Of a stretch of 64,000 nucleotides of DNA, positions 22,701-35,099 are shown in pieces. Numbering within the stretch: position 1 is the first letter of the stretch; every line of letters starts with the position of its first letter. The stretch is from Stylophora pistillata (lineage: Eukaryota), in contig NW_019217786.1 in the NCBI RefSeq assembly GCF_002571385.2, forward strand, positions 989,676 through 1,053,675. Reading direction: 5' to 3'. Position numbers and translations under genes: made by a program. Below the pieces are notes generated by a model. It saw only the letters and a program-made list of their open reading frames with translations, ran no database searches and was not told where the DNA came from.

Positions 22701-25700
22701 ACAACGAAGAAATTTTTGAACTGAGACTGCACCTTATCCAGAAATTTTTATGCATAGTTGTGCTCTTGTCTGGATCATGATAGGTGGAGGCTTACATGAA
22801 GTCCCTACCAGAGGATAGAATTCCCATCGCTGGTACACCAGGAGAAGATTATTACATAAAACAGCGCGTATATCAAAACCCACCACAAGACAAAGCACCC
22901 GTGCATTTCTCAAATATTCCCGAGCCTCAAAGAGAAGCTTTTGTTCAATTCTGGAATAACGAAGACAATGCAAGAGGAACCGGAAAGGTCAAAGTTCCAC
23001 TTGGAAGAAGAGAGGTCAGAGAAACTCCTTGTCCTCCTTATTATATTGTTGATTTTTTCTCCTTGCAAGTAGAAGAAACAAGAAATACGTTCATGTCCAG
23101 CAGAGAAAAAAAAGAGAGACAGTTGATTGCATGCGCATTTCTTTCATCTCTCAACGTTAATGCTAAATATGTCAATTTACAACGTTTGACCCCCCTTAAA
23201 GACCTTAATCCTCAAACCAGACACAATGCTGGACTAAGGTTTTTCAATAACACACATACACACGCCCTGAATAGATACGTGGTCAAGTGAAGCCACAGAA
23301 CGTCAATACTGGCAGCAGTTCTCCACACTCAGAATGGCTTGTATTAATAAACTGTTTGGAATGCACTTAAATTATGAAAAAAAAAAAAAAATTACGGAAA
23401 GGCACCAGAGACGATAAAGAGTTTCTCTGGCGATTTTCGCCGAAAACTAGACGTAAGTTCGCTCTCCTGGATAAGAATGGAAGATTAACATGTTTGTGAT
23501 GAAAAAAACGAAAACAAAAACGATAAGATTTTAGAGTCACTTTGCTATAAAGCCTTTATTTTAGTGACTGATGGAACACTTCTTTCTCAGAACAGTGGAT
23601 TGCATCATAAAAAAATGGGCTTATCTGTGTATCTGCTCTCAGTATTCCTTTATTTCAAGCATTAATGAGCTTGGCGTGTTTTTTTTCTAATGAAGCATTA
23701 ACTTTTACTCGAAGCTTTGTAAGCGCACACATGCCAAGAAATGTTCATACTTCCTAGCCCTTTAACCCCAGGCAACAAAAGTTTCATAAGCTGGCTGGAT
23801 AATCTGCTGAGGTCTTAATCCTGCTTAAACAATAACTTGTCCAATCCGCTTTAAATTAAACGCTGTGAAATTTAACGTACAAGAAATGATTAGCTTTAGA
23901 TCAGCCTAGATAAGAACAAAACTGATAATGGTTTACCAAAACCATTTAGGTATGCTTTATGATATAAAGAGAATTCCAAGAACGAGACTGTAGATGTTTA
24001 CGGTAATCTTTCTTGAGTTCTTAAAGATAACTCTTGAAAAGGCGTGTATGAACACGTTAAGTTTGCAGGGATAACTTTTCAACGAGAGGAATTTGTCTTG
24101 TCTTGTCTTGTACCAAAGAGGCTCTGACTAGTTAGAGTTTAAGTAAATGTCCATTTGTGTTAACCCTGTTTAATTTGGTTGTTAATGATGTGCTTCAAGT
24201 ATGTGAACAGATGCGCATAATTCCTTACAGATCTTTAATCTTTCTTATAATTTTGGGCAGTCTATCCTTTCTGCGTATAATTATCATTATTATTTTCATT
24301 TTACGTATAGGAGCTCTTTAAGCTACTTCTCTATCATTGTTCACGCGCACAAAGATGTCTATATATTTTCCGGCTCAGCCTAATCTCTCTTAGTGGTTTT
24401 CTCGTGGGAGTGCGCTAAGTCCTCGCGAGTGCGAGGACTTAGCGAGGTGGCCGCTTGTTGCGCGGGGGTCGCGAGAACCACGCCTTGGATATCATAATTT
24501 ATTCTTACCACTCCATGGTATTGTAATTTCTCTTATTGTGTGGTTTAAGTCTTAACCTCGTCTCACATTTTACGATAGGTCACTTCCTCCAATAATTTCG
24601 TACAAAAAAAAGAATTGTCCAATAGTTGTGAAAAAATAGGTCTTGAGCGGTAGGACGCGGAATTTTGATTCGGCCAAGTGACACATCAATGCATGGTATT
24701 GTTTTTCATGATCAAACGCTACCGAGGTGTAAAAGATGAAGTTATTTGATTAAATTACTATGCAATATTCATGTTCGTTCCTGGTTCGTTACTTCACAAA
24801 GACCCCTGGTACAGAGTAAAATCTGTAGTAGGCGATCTAGTAAGCCCCCAGACCCTCTGGATATCTTATTTCACAGGGCGTTCGGGCTAACGCTCTTTAT
24901 AATAATAATAATAATAATAATTTACATTTCTAAAGCGCTAAAATTATAAAATATTCTAAAGCGCTTTACAACATTATTAACTACAAATATTAAAATGATA
25001 AACGACAAAATATCAAAACAAACTGTAAGCCAGCTTGAATAGATGTGTCTTAAGCTTTGACTTAAAAATCGTTACACTTGGACTGTTTCGAATTTCAAGC
25101 GGCAGTTCGTTCCACAAAAAAGGTCCAGAACGGGCAAAGGCACGATCACCAAAGGTCTTAAAGTTAGTTCTTGGGACCTTAAGGAGACCCTGATCGCAGG
25201 AACGTAGCTGATGACCCTTGACACTGTGTGGCTGCAGATATTCTTTTATGTATAGTGGGCCTTGGTTATTTAAAGCTTTATAAATTAAAAGTAACAACTT
25301 AAAATGGACGCGATAAGCCACAGGAAGCCAGTGAAGATTATATAAGGCGGACGAGATGTGGTGAAACTTGGGAATCCTAAAAATTAGTCGAGCAGCGGCG
25401 TTAAGCACCTTCTGAAGACGCTCTGTCTGGTACTTGGGTACGCCAAATAAAAGGGAGTTGCAATAGTCTAAATGCGAAGTCACAAATGCGTGAACAAGAG
25501 TCTTCGTGGACTCAGGACTGAGGAATTTCCTAATTTGGCGAATTTTATACAATCCATGAAAAGCTTTGCTGCAGATCTTACCAATGTGAATGGACATGGA
25601 CATATTGGAGTCAAACCAGGAACCCAGGTTTCGAACACTGTTGAGAGGCTGAATGGTAGAATTACCGACTGTGATGGAATCAATTGCGATTTTTGATAAT

Positions 25701-27406
25701 TGATGGCGGGAACCAACAACTAAGAATTCGGTTTTAGAATCGTTAATTAACAGGCGATTATAAATCAACCATGAGCGGACATCCGAAATGCAGGCTTCAA
25801 GAGCAGCTATGGCGTGGTCTTGCGAAGATATGTCATTGGGTCTAAACGACAGATAAAGTTGTGTATCATCGGCATATCCGTGAGCAGAGGGGAGATGGTT
25901 AGCGATCACGTGATATAGTCGAGATATGTATAATATGAATAAAATAGGACCCATACAGCTGCCTTGTGGGACACCGCAGTTCAAATGAAAATCATCTGAT
26001 GTTCGATCGTTTATGAGAACACGTTGTTTTCGGCCAGACAGATAAGACGCAAACCATTTATGGGCAGAGCCAATGATTCCAAAATCGCTTTCAAGAACAT
26101 TAAGGAGAATCTGATGATCGATTGTATCAAAAGCAGCGCTTAGATCCAGTAGCACAAGAAGCGTAATTTCCTGATGGTCCATTGACATAAGAATATCACT
26201 TTGAACCTTAAGCAAGGCAGTTTCGGTAGAGTGAAATCTTCTAAACCCTGATTGTAACTTCGGCAGAGGAGCATTGTATTCACAGTGCTTAAACAATTGA
26301 GAAAGAACCGCCTTTTCGACGATCTTGGAGATGAATGTTAGATTGCTTACCGGTNACTGTCAAGACCTCGGGCCGATATTCTCCCAGTACGGCCCTCGCG
26401 CTTGGTTAATAAGATACATGAAGCGCTAAAGAACGACAGGAGGGTTGCAAATAACATAAAGTTAAAGAGAAAAATTGAAAAGGAAATTCCCACCGTTTGC
26501 ATAAAGTGTAAGTAACAAGAGAGCCAGCAATGCTCCAGGTATTGAGGTCGACATCTGAAAAAAAGCGGTAACAAGTACCTGTAGCTTCAAATTATCTGCA
26601 AATGTTTTTAGGATCATTCATTGACAGCCTGAACAACAATTTACGAACTATTTTAAAAAAGAACCGAAGCTTTTCAATGTTGTTCATAGGTTCCCTTTTT
26701 GTGGATCATTTGATGTGGATACTTAATTTCCTGAAAATGATATGCTTGGCAGTCTAGTCAAAAAGAATATTTTGGCAAAAAAAGTCATCGTTGATTCATA
26801 ATCAGAAATTCTCAACAGAACTACAGTAAAAATAATGAGTAAAAGCCTTTTTTTTTAGAAGTCCCAAGGGTCAGAATGTTAAAAACTTTTCCAATTCCGA
26901 GTCCACGTAACAATCTCCAATACCGCATTTATGTATTAGTGACGTCGTCGTTATTTTGAAATGGTTTCTCGTGAGGAATATCGCCTTTAAGGGGACAGTC
27001 GTCCCTGATCAGAAATATTTGTTCATTAGGACTACTTCTCTCAGAACCCAGCCATACCTGGTGTAGTAACTTTTGTTTAAGGACAACTTTCCTGTCTCCC
27101 ACGTATTGCAACTGATGTAATCACCCTGTGTTAAGATAATCTTGTCAATGCCTTGTCCGACTCTTGTAAAACGGTTTCTTCTGTTGTGCGCGAAATTCAG
27201 ATAAATTATTTAACGGACATGTCACTGATAAAATGCACCTGCCAATAAAAAACTGAATTAGTTATGATGAAATTTGAAAGATAAAGAAATGTGTTAAAAA
27301 TTCTTGGGTTTGGCAGACATGAACGCTGTTTTTACTAGAAGTGCATGCTCTGTTCCTCTTAAAAAATATGACTAAGTACTGAAACTGGCCTATTCGAAGT
27401 TGATTA

Positions 27407-27439
<33 letters not shown>

Positions 27440-28760
27440 TTACATTTCTAAAGCGCTAAAATTATAAAATATTCTAAAGCGCTTTACAACATTATTAACT
27501 ACAAATATTAAAATGATAAACGACAAAATATCAAAACAAACTGTAAGCCAGCTTGAATAGATGTGTCTTAAGCTTTGACTTAAAAATCGTTACACTTGGA
27601 CTGTTTCGAATTTCAAGCGGCAGTTCGTTCCACAAAAAAGGTCCAGAACGGGCAAAGGCACGATCACCAAAGGTCTTAAAGTTAGTTCTTGGGACCTTAA
27701 GGAGACCCTGATCGCAGGAACGTAGCTGATGACCCTTGACACTGTGTGGCTGCAGATATTCTTTTATGTATAGTGGGCCTTGGTTATTTAAAGCTTTATA
27801 AATTAAAAGTAACAACTTAAAATGGACGCGATAAGCCACAGGAAGCCAGTGAAGATTATATAAGGCGGACGAGATGTGGTGAAACTTGGGAATCCTAAAA
27901 ATTAGTCGAGCAGCGGCGTTAAGCACCTTCTGAAGACGCTCTGTCTGGTACTTGGGTACGCCAAATAAAAGGGAGTTGCAATAGTCTAAATGCGAAGTCA
28001 CAAATGCGTGAACAAGAGTCTTCGTGGGGAGAAGAATCTTTATTCTTCTTTTTTGTAGCCCGGATAGAAAGAATGCCGTATTTAACGTGTATTTCTTTGA
28101 TAAACTGGAGGGGAAGAGGTAGGACCTTTCAGGGAGGGAGGGAGGGGCTTACACAAAAGCTCTGGACGATGGGTTTACTAGAGAAGGAAGCTCACTGGAG
28201 CGTTTTCGATCTGCATACCTTTCGTACGCATAGTTGAAGTTTACTGCGCTCGAATTTACTTTTGGTTTTCCTGTGCTTCTTTAGAATTGCCAATCGTGTT
28301 TCAAGACCATCCCTAAAGGTGACGTGGTGGTTTCAGCTGAGTTTGATGACAATGAAGTGTCATGTTATCACGCTGCATGCTTCTGCTGTGCGACTTGTTG
28401 GGAGCTGTTGGTAGACCTCACTTACTTCCGGTATGGAAACAAAGTCTACTGCGCAAGACATCACGCTGAGTTGTCAAGGCAACGTTGCTACGGATGCGAC
28501 GAGGTAAGATTAGCCGCCACAATATGTTATGCCATTTTGCGGTTGTCCACGCTCTAGGAGCACAGTAACTGACATAGCGTCATCTTAAGTGGAAGTCATT
28601 ACAGGAGTTAGTGGAAGTTTTGTTTATCAGTCGAACATTAGAAGGCTAGTGCACTGAAATCTGGTTTGTCATCATTTATGCCTTTGCTCTCAATAACGTC
28701 TACTGACAACAACTAAGAACATTCTATTGACAACAGCTATTCACTTGACTCTAACGATGA

Positions 28761-28792
<32 letters not shown>

Positions 28793-30370
28793 GCCACCGA
28801 CAACAGTCCTTCTCAGGACTACACTAACCCGGACGATCACACGGCACTTTCACATCTGTAGCACGTTAGCTGTGATTAATAGGTTTGGATTAATGTCAGT
28901 ATCTCAGCAATTGCGCACCTACCCCTCCCCTAATCAAACATGAATCGTAAATTGTTATCAGTTGACTGCTGTTGGGGAAGGGGTGGGGGCGTAGTGCTGT
29001 TTTTGGGGAAGGGGTGGAGGCGTAGTAGCTCAGATTCTTTCTTTGATCCAAAGCTTTTTGGGGCTTTGATCGAGTCAGTAGAGCTGGTCCTCTTTGCGAG
29101 GCCCGGATGTTCAAAGTCTAGGCTTCACGATAAAGTTAATTTTTTTTCATTTCAGTTTGTTACGCGACATTGACACATAATTAATTTTGAACTTTTTTTA
29201 TTTCCCTCTATCTGCGCATGCTCAGCTTATCTTTACTGGAGAATACACCATAGCCATGAACAAAAGCTGGCACTTGGGTCATTTCCGATGCAACGAGTGC
29301 GACGTCAGTATCACAGGCAAGCAGTTTATTGTCAGAGACGAAAAGCCCGTATGCGTTGACTGTTTTGACTGCAGGTGTGTTCTTTTTGCTAAGAATTACG
29401 TGACTGTGCGTTGTACGTGATATATTAATTTCATGGACGCTGTTATCTTATTCAGGGAGTCAAATGACAAGGAAAATCGTGAAGAACATTGAGAGATTTT
29501 TTCGCCAATTCTGCGTCTGAGACCAACTTTTTTCTCAATAGCAAGAGGGCAACTCAACAGCAGTCTTGCTACTACTGCTTAAGATTCTCCATTCTGTATC
29601 GATTAAGCGGTTTTAATGGTCAAAATTGTTTCTTTTAATGCAGATTTGCTAACGTGTGTGACTACTGTCATGGCAAGATTGGCCCTGATGCTAAAGACGT
29701 GTCAACGGCTGACGATCGACATTGGCACGAAATGTGTTTCCTGTGCGAGTTGTGTCGGAAACCTCTGCGATCAGACGGAAAATTTACTTTCTACAAGGAG
29801 CAAGTTCTGTGTAATGATTGCTACATCACGAACTTCCAGAAGACGTGTGAAGGATGCCATTATGCCATCGAGTCTGGAAGCGCGCGCTTGGAATATAATG
29901 GCACCTACTGGCACGAAGAATGCTTCAAGTGCGCCGTCTGTCGGGAAGCCATCGGGACCAGCGGTTTCGTTCCAAAAGATGACGAGTTCTATTGTCCAGG
30001 ATGCTACCAGAATTTGCATGCCAAGCGTTGCGCGGATTGCGGGGAGCCACTTTCCGAAGGCGGTGTCCTTTACAACGAACAGACCTGGCATAAGGAATGT
30101 TTCAGTTGTTTTACCTGCCATGAATCGTTGGCATCTCGACCATTCTCCGTGCACAGTGGCCACCGCTACTGCATCGAGTGTTATGGAAGGTTCCTGGCCA
30201 AGCAGTGTGAGGTCTGCTTTAAACCAATTATTGGCGGTGAATACTTCACGTTAGAGGAATCAAATTTCCACAAAGAGTGCTTTAACTGCACTCGGTGTCA
30301 GCGGTCTCTGGCCAATGAGGGATTCGTCAGGGAGGGGGTTGAACTTCTATGCGCCAGTTGTGCTGATTGA
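16778..30370 (+). CDS. Testin/LIMPETin-like protein (Cys-rich + PET + six LIM domains), about 581-595 aa; exons 16778 or 16820-16852, 16981-17066, 22026-22326, 22784-23014, 28285-28503, 29226-29374, 29644-30370
   Basis: Testin-type Cys-rich region GKPCLKCGEKCSGFSLHVWR|KVCANCKCPRENH. PET motifs YLWSPPGL..GQ|VEAYMKSLPEDRIP..GT.GE...QNPPQD. Six LIM domains starting CQSC, CYGC, CDYC, CEGC, CADC and CEVC. All junctions are GT-AG and in frame. The first exon is the least certain. Confidence 0.9.
20255..20649. mobile_element. Palindrome-ended non-autonomous element (inverted-repeat-bounded body plus about 105-bp hairpin)
   Basis: TTATTACATTCATTTTGAAA (20255) / TTTCAAAATGGATGTAATAA (20521-20540), then an imperfect hairpin GTAATTGAAC...TGCAATTT...AAATCATAC..GTGATTTTAAAATCAC..GTATGATTT...AAATTGCA...GTTCAACTAC. 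Confidence 0.7.
21435..21538. repeat. Degenerate palindromic element related to 1168-1313
   Basis: ATTGACCAGC...ATTGGGAAAAACTGTG / CACAGTTTTTCCCAAT...GCTGGTCAAT. Shares CAAGACCTCGGGC with the copy at 26356. Confidence 0.7.
24899..26354 (-). mobile_element. Young L2-clade LINE: uninterrupted RT and C-terminal ORF2 region, cut by an assembly N at 26355
   Basis: ORF 25013-26296 has QSGFR..HSTETAL, LLDLSAAFDTIDH, GVPQGS and YADDTQLY and continues upstream to PVSNLTFISK. 3' TGTAAAGCGCTTT motif and (ATT)n tail at about 24899-24921. Confidence 0.95.
26356..26416 (-). repeat. Half copy of the 1168-1313 palindromic element
   Basis: Reverse complement of about 1166-1226; truncated at the N. Confidence 0.85.
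27407..28027 (-). mobile_element. 5'-truncated copy of the same L2 LINE
   Basis: Sequence and translation (ORF 27531-28001) match 24899-25509 with no difference seen by eye. Longer (ATT)n tail. Confidence 0.95.
28725..28850 (+). mobile_element. Penelope-type pseudo-LTR relic of a second family, with a decayed hammerhead motif
   Basis: GACT-CTAACGA-TGAC...GTC-GAAA-CATC-AGTC at about 28750-28790 has hammerhead topology, with CTGANGA changed to CTAACGA. Confidence 0.55.
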
Positions 30371-30996
30371 ACGGAGGCGCACAAGTTGAACGAATAAGAA
30401 TTTATGCAAGTCTATAAGGGAAAAATTGTAAATCTATCAGAACAATATTTTATGAGTTCTTCTTATGTTTCCAAAGTAGGCTTGTTTTATTGAATTGGCA
30501 ATGAAGATTATTTGTTTTCATCCAATAAACCGACAATCCTAGCGTACAAGTAAGAAGTTGATCTGTTTGCCAGTATACGAGCTAACAAAAGGGACAAACT
30601 AAAGCAATGGAGCTTATGGGTGTAAAAGTAAGTGTTCATGTTTTTCCTGATTAAGGAAATCATCTATCAAAGCAGTTTGCTACGATGCGGAGAAACATGA
30701 AAATTTAGGAAAAAAATTACAAATTTACTTCTCTAAATGTATATCGTAATAATGAATATAGATTATCAGTCGCTGCAAGATCATGAAGTACCTATCAAGT
30801 TCAGAATTTATTATTTTTTTGTAACAATCGCCCTCTATTTTTCTTAGAGCATCAGCTAGTTATGTTTAGTACGTTAAGCTGCTACTGTCATGGTTAAAAA
30901 GAGTTTTTTTTTTTGCAGTAACAATCGTATTTTATGATTCCTTCGCAAGCTTTTGTTGCTCAATTATTTCTTGAGGGCCTCTCTGAAGGGAGTCGG

Positions 30997-31072
30997 GGAG
31001 GGGATGAGGTGGGCTGGAGGGGATGGGGTGGGCTGGAGGGGATGGGGTGGGCAGGAGGGGATGGGGTGGGCT
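30997..31072 (+). repeat. G-rich 19-bp minisatellite, 4 copies (G-quadruplex-capable)
   Basis: Unit GGAGGGGATGGGGTGGGCT repeated four times with single substitutions. Confidence 0.9.
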
Positions 31073-31749
31073 AGAAGGCTATTGACAGGCTACCAACTCT
31101 TTGCTAACCTTCTGCAGAGTCTTCAGCTTAGCTGTTTTGAGGTTTGGTAAGTTTTCCGTTTGTTTTTGACGTTTTTGGATACCAGTTCTGTTAACTTTTG
31201 TGATGGTTAAAATTATCATCAATAAAGTGTTTTTTGTAGAATTGTCGTGCGGCAGAAATGCCATTCAGATTGAAAAAGGAAAATGGTTCTGCTGTTTTCA
31301 GAACACGACTCATACAAAAACTTAGGATCATGGGACACAATTTCGGTTTACTGTTTGCAGACGTTTATTGACGGTGAGGCCTATATTTCGATAACTTTTT
31401 GAGAAGGCTGAGAACAAAGTGAACAGCATCTATGAATCTCTAGCTGTGTCTCCTGCATCTATTAATTAGTTAATTTGGTTAGGCAGGGGGGAAGTTAAAG
31501 AACCCACTCACGAGATTTCTGTGATGTGGTCTGGCCTGTTTACTGGGAATTGGGGGGGAAGGGGGCATCTTCAAATAAGTTTCCTTCGATTGTTTGTAAA
31601 CTGCTGATGCAGTCTGGCCAAAGTCCCCCGAAAAGTGTTGTGATGCGCATTTGATCATATCCACATGTTAATTTGCGCAATATAAATATTAAATTATTAT
31701 TATTATTATTATTATTATCAGATTACAGTTACCACCAATCTCTGCCAAA

Positions 31750-33276
31750 TTACTTGTTATCAATCTTCTCCTCAGCCTCGTATAGTGTGTTGAGAATTAT
31801 CAGAATTTTGTTCGTATAATAAGTTACAATCATATAAACAGTCACAACACAAACAATAAGATGCGATTTCCATTTTACATTCCAAACTCTAAGAACGGGA
31901 ATATTTCTTGCACGTGTTAAAATCATTACAAGTATTACGTTGAACATGAACTATACAAGCAGTGCTAATATTATTCGTATCAAAAGATCCACAACCGTTT
32001 CCTGGTACTCTTCAGGACGCAGTTTCCGGTGAGTTATGCCATACATTTTGGCTACTTCAACCGAAAGGATAATTGCTGCTGCGCTAGACATCCTTTCGTG
32101 TATTGGTGGGTCAGCGGCTAGCCTCTGAGATCGACGTTTTGTCATTTTGGCGGCAGTTAATGGCCCTGTGGGATCTGCTTCCAAACCCAATAGCAAAATT
32201 TTCTCATATTGCAATTTATCCTCATGAGATTTTTTAGCTTTGACGATCAATTCGTACATTAGGTGAATCGTTCGATCGCCAATACTTACGCAATAAACGC
32301 CCAAAGGGTTTTAAATTCGGCCAGCATAAATCTCAGTGCTATGCAAACCGCACTAGATGCAGAAGACACTAAAACGTTCGTAGAGCCTGGATTTATAATT
32401 TTCAATCCTGACACATCGCTTTGAAACTATCTTAGGTATTATGGCAATTGAATATGAAAGAGCAATCATGGCGACTTTGAAAAGACCGAGGTGCGCAAAC
32501 TGTGGACACAACACATACGCGAACAAATAAAAAACTGGGGACCCAAGGATGAACTGCCCGCAGAGCTTAAAAACCGAATAAACTCGCGCTAAAAATATTT
32601 TTCTGAAAATTCTCCCAATAGAAAAACTTTGGACAAGAATCAGAAATAAATAAAGGATGATCAGTGGATATGGAACCCACGGAGGGTAGTACAGTCCGTA
32701 AACAGCAACCACTGAAAAATCTGTAGGCGAGATCAAAGAAAACTCCAACCAGAGTAAACGTTACTAAGTTAACTTCTTTGATAAGAGGCCATCTGAACAC
32801 AAAAAGCAACATCAGTGGCTGCCAGAGATAGAGAGGTGAAGCCAGGTACGATTCTCCAATTATACGAAGTCGTTTTTTTTCTGGAGAGAAGGAACGGATC
32901 ATGGAGCTTCTTCCAATCATAGATGAAAATTGTCTTCATCAGATAGTATATAAACAAGAGGCATCCAACCTCTATTAATCCACCAGCCAGTACTGTTACC
33001 AGAAATGCGAACCAGGCACTCTTCTTTAAGGAGACTTTTATAGGTAGTCTTTTTTTCTCTCCAAACAGCTTTATCTCTGAAGTTTCGGGGTTTTTAAAAC
33101 TCTTCACTCGAGGCATCTTCTGCGTCAAAGTGTGGATAATCAATAGGCAATTCTCTGGTGGATGGATCCTTGTTTTCGGAAAGTTCGAGGCCGAATTTCA
33201 CATTAATGATGTGTTCTGTGAACAACATAAAGCCGCTGCATAGCAGCTCTACTGGTACGGAAAGGAGTTCTGACAT
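31750..33276 (-). pseudogene. Intronless, disrupted gene for an uncharacterised multi-pass membrane protein
   Basis: Six consecutive or overlapping hydrophobic minus-strand ORFs: 33094-33276, 32769-33143, 32567-32920, 32353-32748, 31951-32304 and 31750-31947. They join through frameshifts and stops; the TAG at 31951-31953 is in frame with the last ORF. Confidence 0.7.
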
Positions 33277-35099
33277 GATCAGTCTTGCATGATAAACTGT
33301 TTAGGAAATACAATGTCTCAGTTTATCACAATCTGTGCTTATTGAGGAAGTACGCGCTTCTCAAACTTTCGAAAGCGACACTTTGAATTTTGATTTGACT
33401 TGGAGAGAGTGGACAAGGATCGCTATCTTGGGATTATTTCCTTACTCAAACTCTTCAATGGAAATATGTCAAATCGTTTTCAACAATTACAAAACAGACT
33501 TTCAAACAGAAATTAACATTTTGGGTGGCAGTTGATCACGACTAAAGAACGGTTAACACCATCAAATCTGGATAAAAAAACCTCAGCAGTTCTAGAGAAA
33601 TATCCTATTTCGTACATACGACTTTGATTTATTTGGATTTTTGCCATGATTATTAAAAGGGCGTCCTTCCTTGTTATCAAGGGAAAAGCCCTGGGAATCA
33701 GGACGACGTGAACCAATATAGGGCGCGTTTAATCAATTAAGACTTGAATCATTTGCGTAAAACGCACAAGTTCGAAACTAGCCATTAAATTTGAAGTTTT
33801 GACATGTGGTTTCTATTTACTCGAAAGTAAGTTTCCTAGCTCTATCACACTATCTAAGAAATAACGCTTTTTTTTTTCAGCTCTCTGCCTACTTTTCTTT
33901 TGGTTTAATGTTCACAACCACTATGTGGATTTAAAATTATCGGACGATCACTACACGAAGTGCACCATTTTGGAAATCTAAACTGAGCTACTATACTGAT
34001 TGTAATCACGCGTTACAAGTAATACTTGGAATCGGTTAGGTTCAAATTCAAGTTTGCATATTATCCTGAGTTTCAGTTCCTCGGACTGTTGAATACAACT
34101 GGATCCTTCTTGTCAGTTTTCCGCAAGTTACTTCTTTTGTACAATTTGTCCTCCATGTTGCACGTTACTGAACATTCATGATAAATTGTAAAATCTTTGG
34201 TCGCCTTTAATTATGGTAAAAAGTTACAATAAGTACAACCCAAACAGTTTGTTTGAAGCCAAAGCACACTAGAAGTAATGACATTCTCTGGCTCATCGCC
34301 ATCCACCTCCCGAGCTCCCAAACACGCCAAAAACTTCCGTTTATGAGGAAAGTGCTGCTCAGCAGCTGATTGAAACAAAAGAAATCACGTCATGTATTAT
34401 TCATTGATTTGTCAGATGGCGCTTTACAGCAGTCTTTAGACCAAAGTCTATTCAAAAAATGGTCTGTAACTCCCGAATTCCCCTTAGAAATCGGTTCACT
34501 CGGTTTTTAGAATCATTTTACTTAAACAGAGACAATTTTTATTGAAAAGTTAAGTAAAATATTTACTTCGCACATACGCATATCATTTATAGGAAAGTTA
34601 AGCTCGTTAGTGGGGTACCGCAGGCCAATATTAACTCTTAGATAAACAATTAATCGTAAAATAACAGAAAATCTTGTTCTCTAAGGGGAGAGGAACTTAG
34701 AATTTTAAGTAACGACTTAGGAAATGTAATGAAACGGATTTTCATCAAGTACACACACTTTCTTCTTTCTTATCATGAGTTGCGTGTTTATTGCTTAGAG
34801 TAACTAGTTTGCCTTTATAAAACCTCCTCGTCGTTTTGTTCAGGAACAGTCATTGAGGACTTCTAATTAATGCTTAAAAATCTCCAATCTATGCATGATG
34901 AACTGAAATCTTCGAGGGTTTACTTGACTCGAAAATAGCTGGCCATTTCGAGGAACCTTTCATCTTGAAGTTCATGCTAACCTGTTGTTGGTTTGTCGGG
35001 TCATTCAATCACTCATTCATTCAATTATACTGCATGACGGTCAGTCAATTAGTCAGTCAGTCAGTTAATTAGTTGGTCACTCGGTCAGTCGGCCAGTCA

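Noticed and set aside
29616-30254. 212-aa alternative-frame ORF and antisense ORF 29771-30163 over the last LIM exon
   Set aside because: Shadow frames of a real exon with no recognisable motifs.
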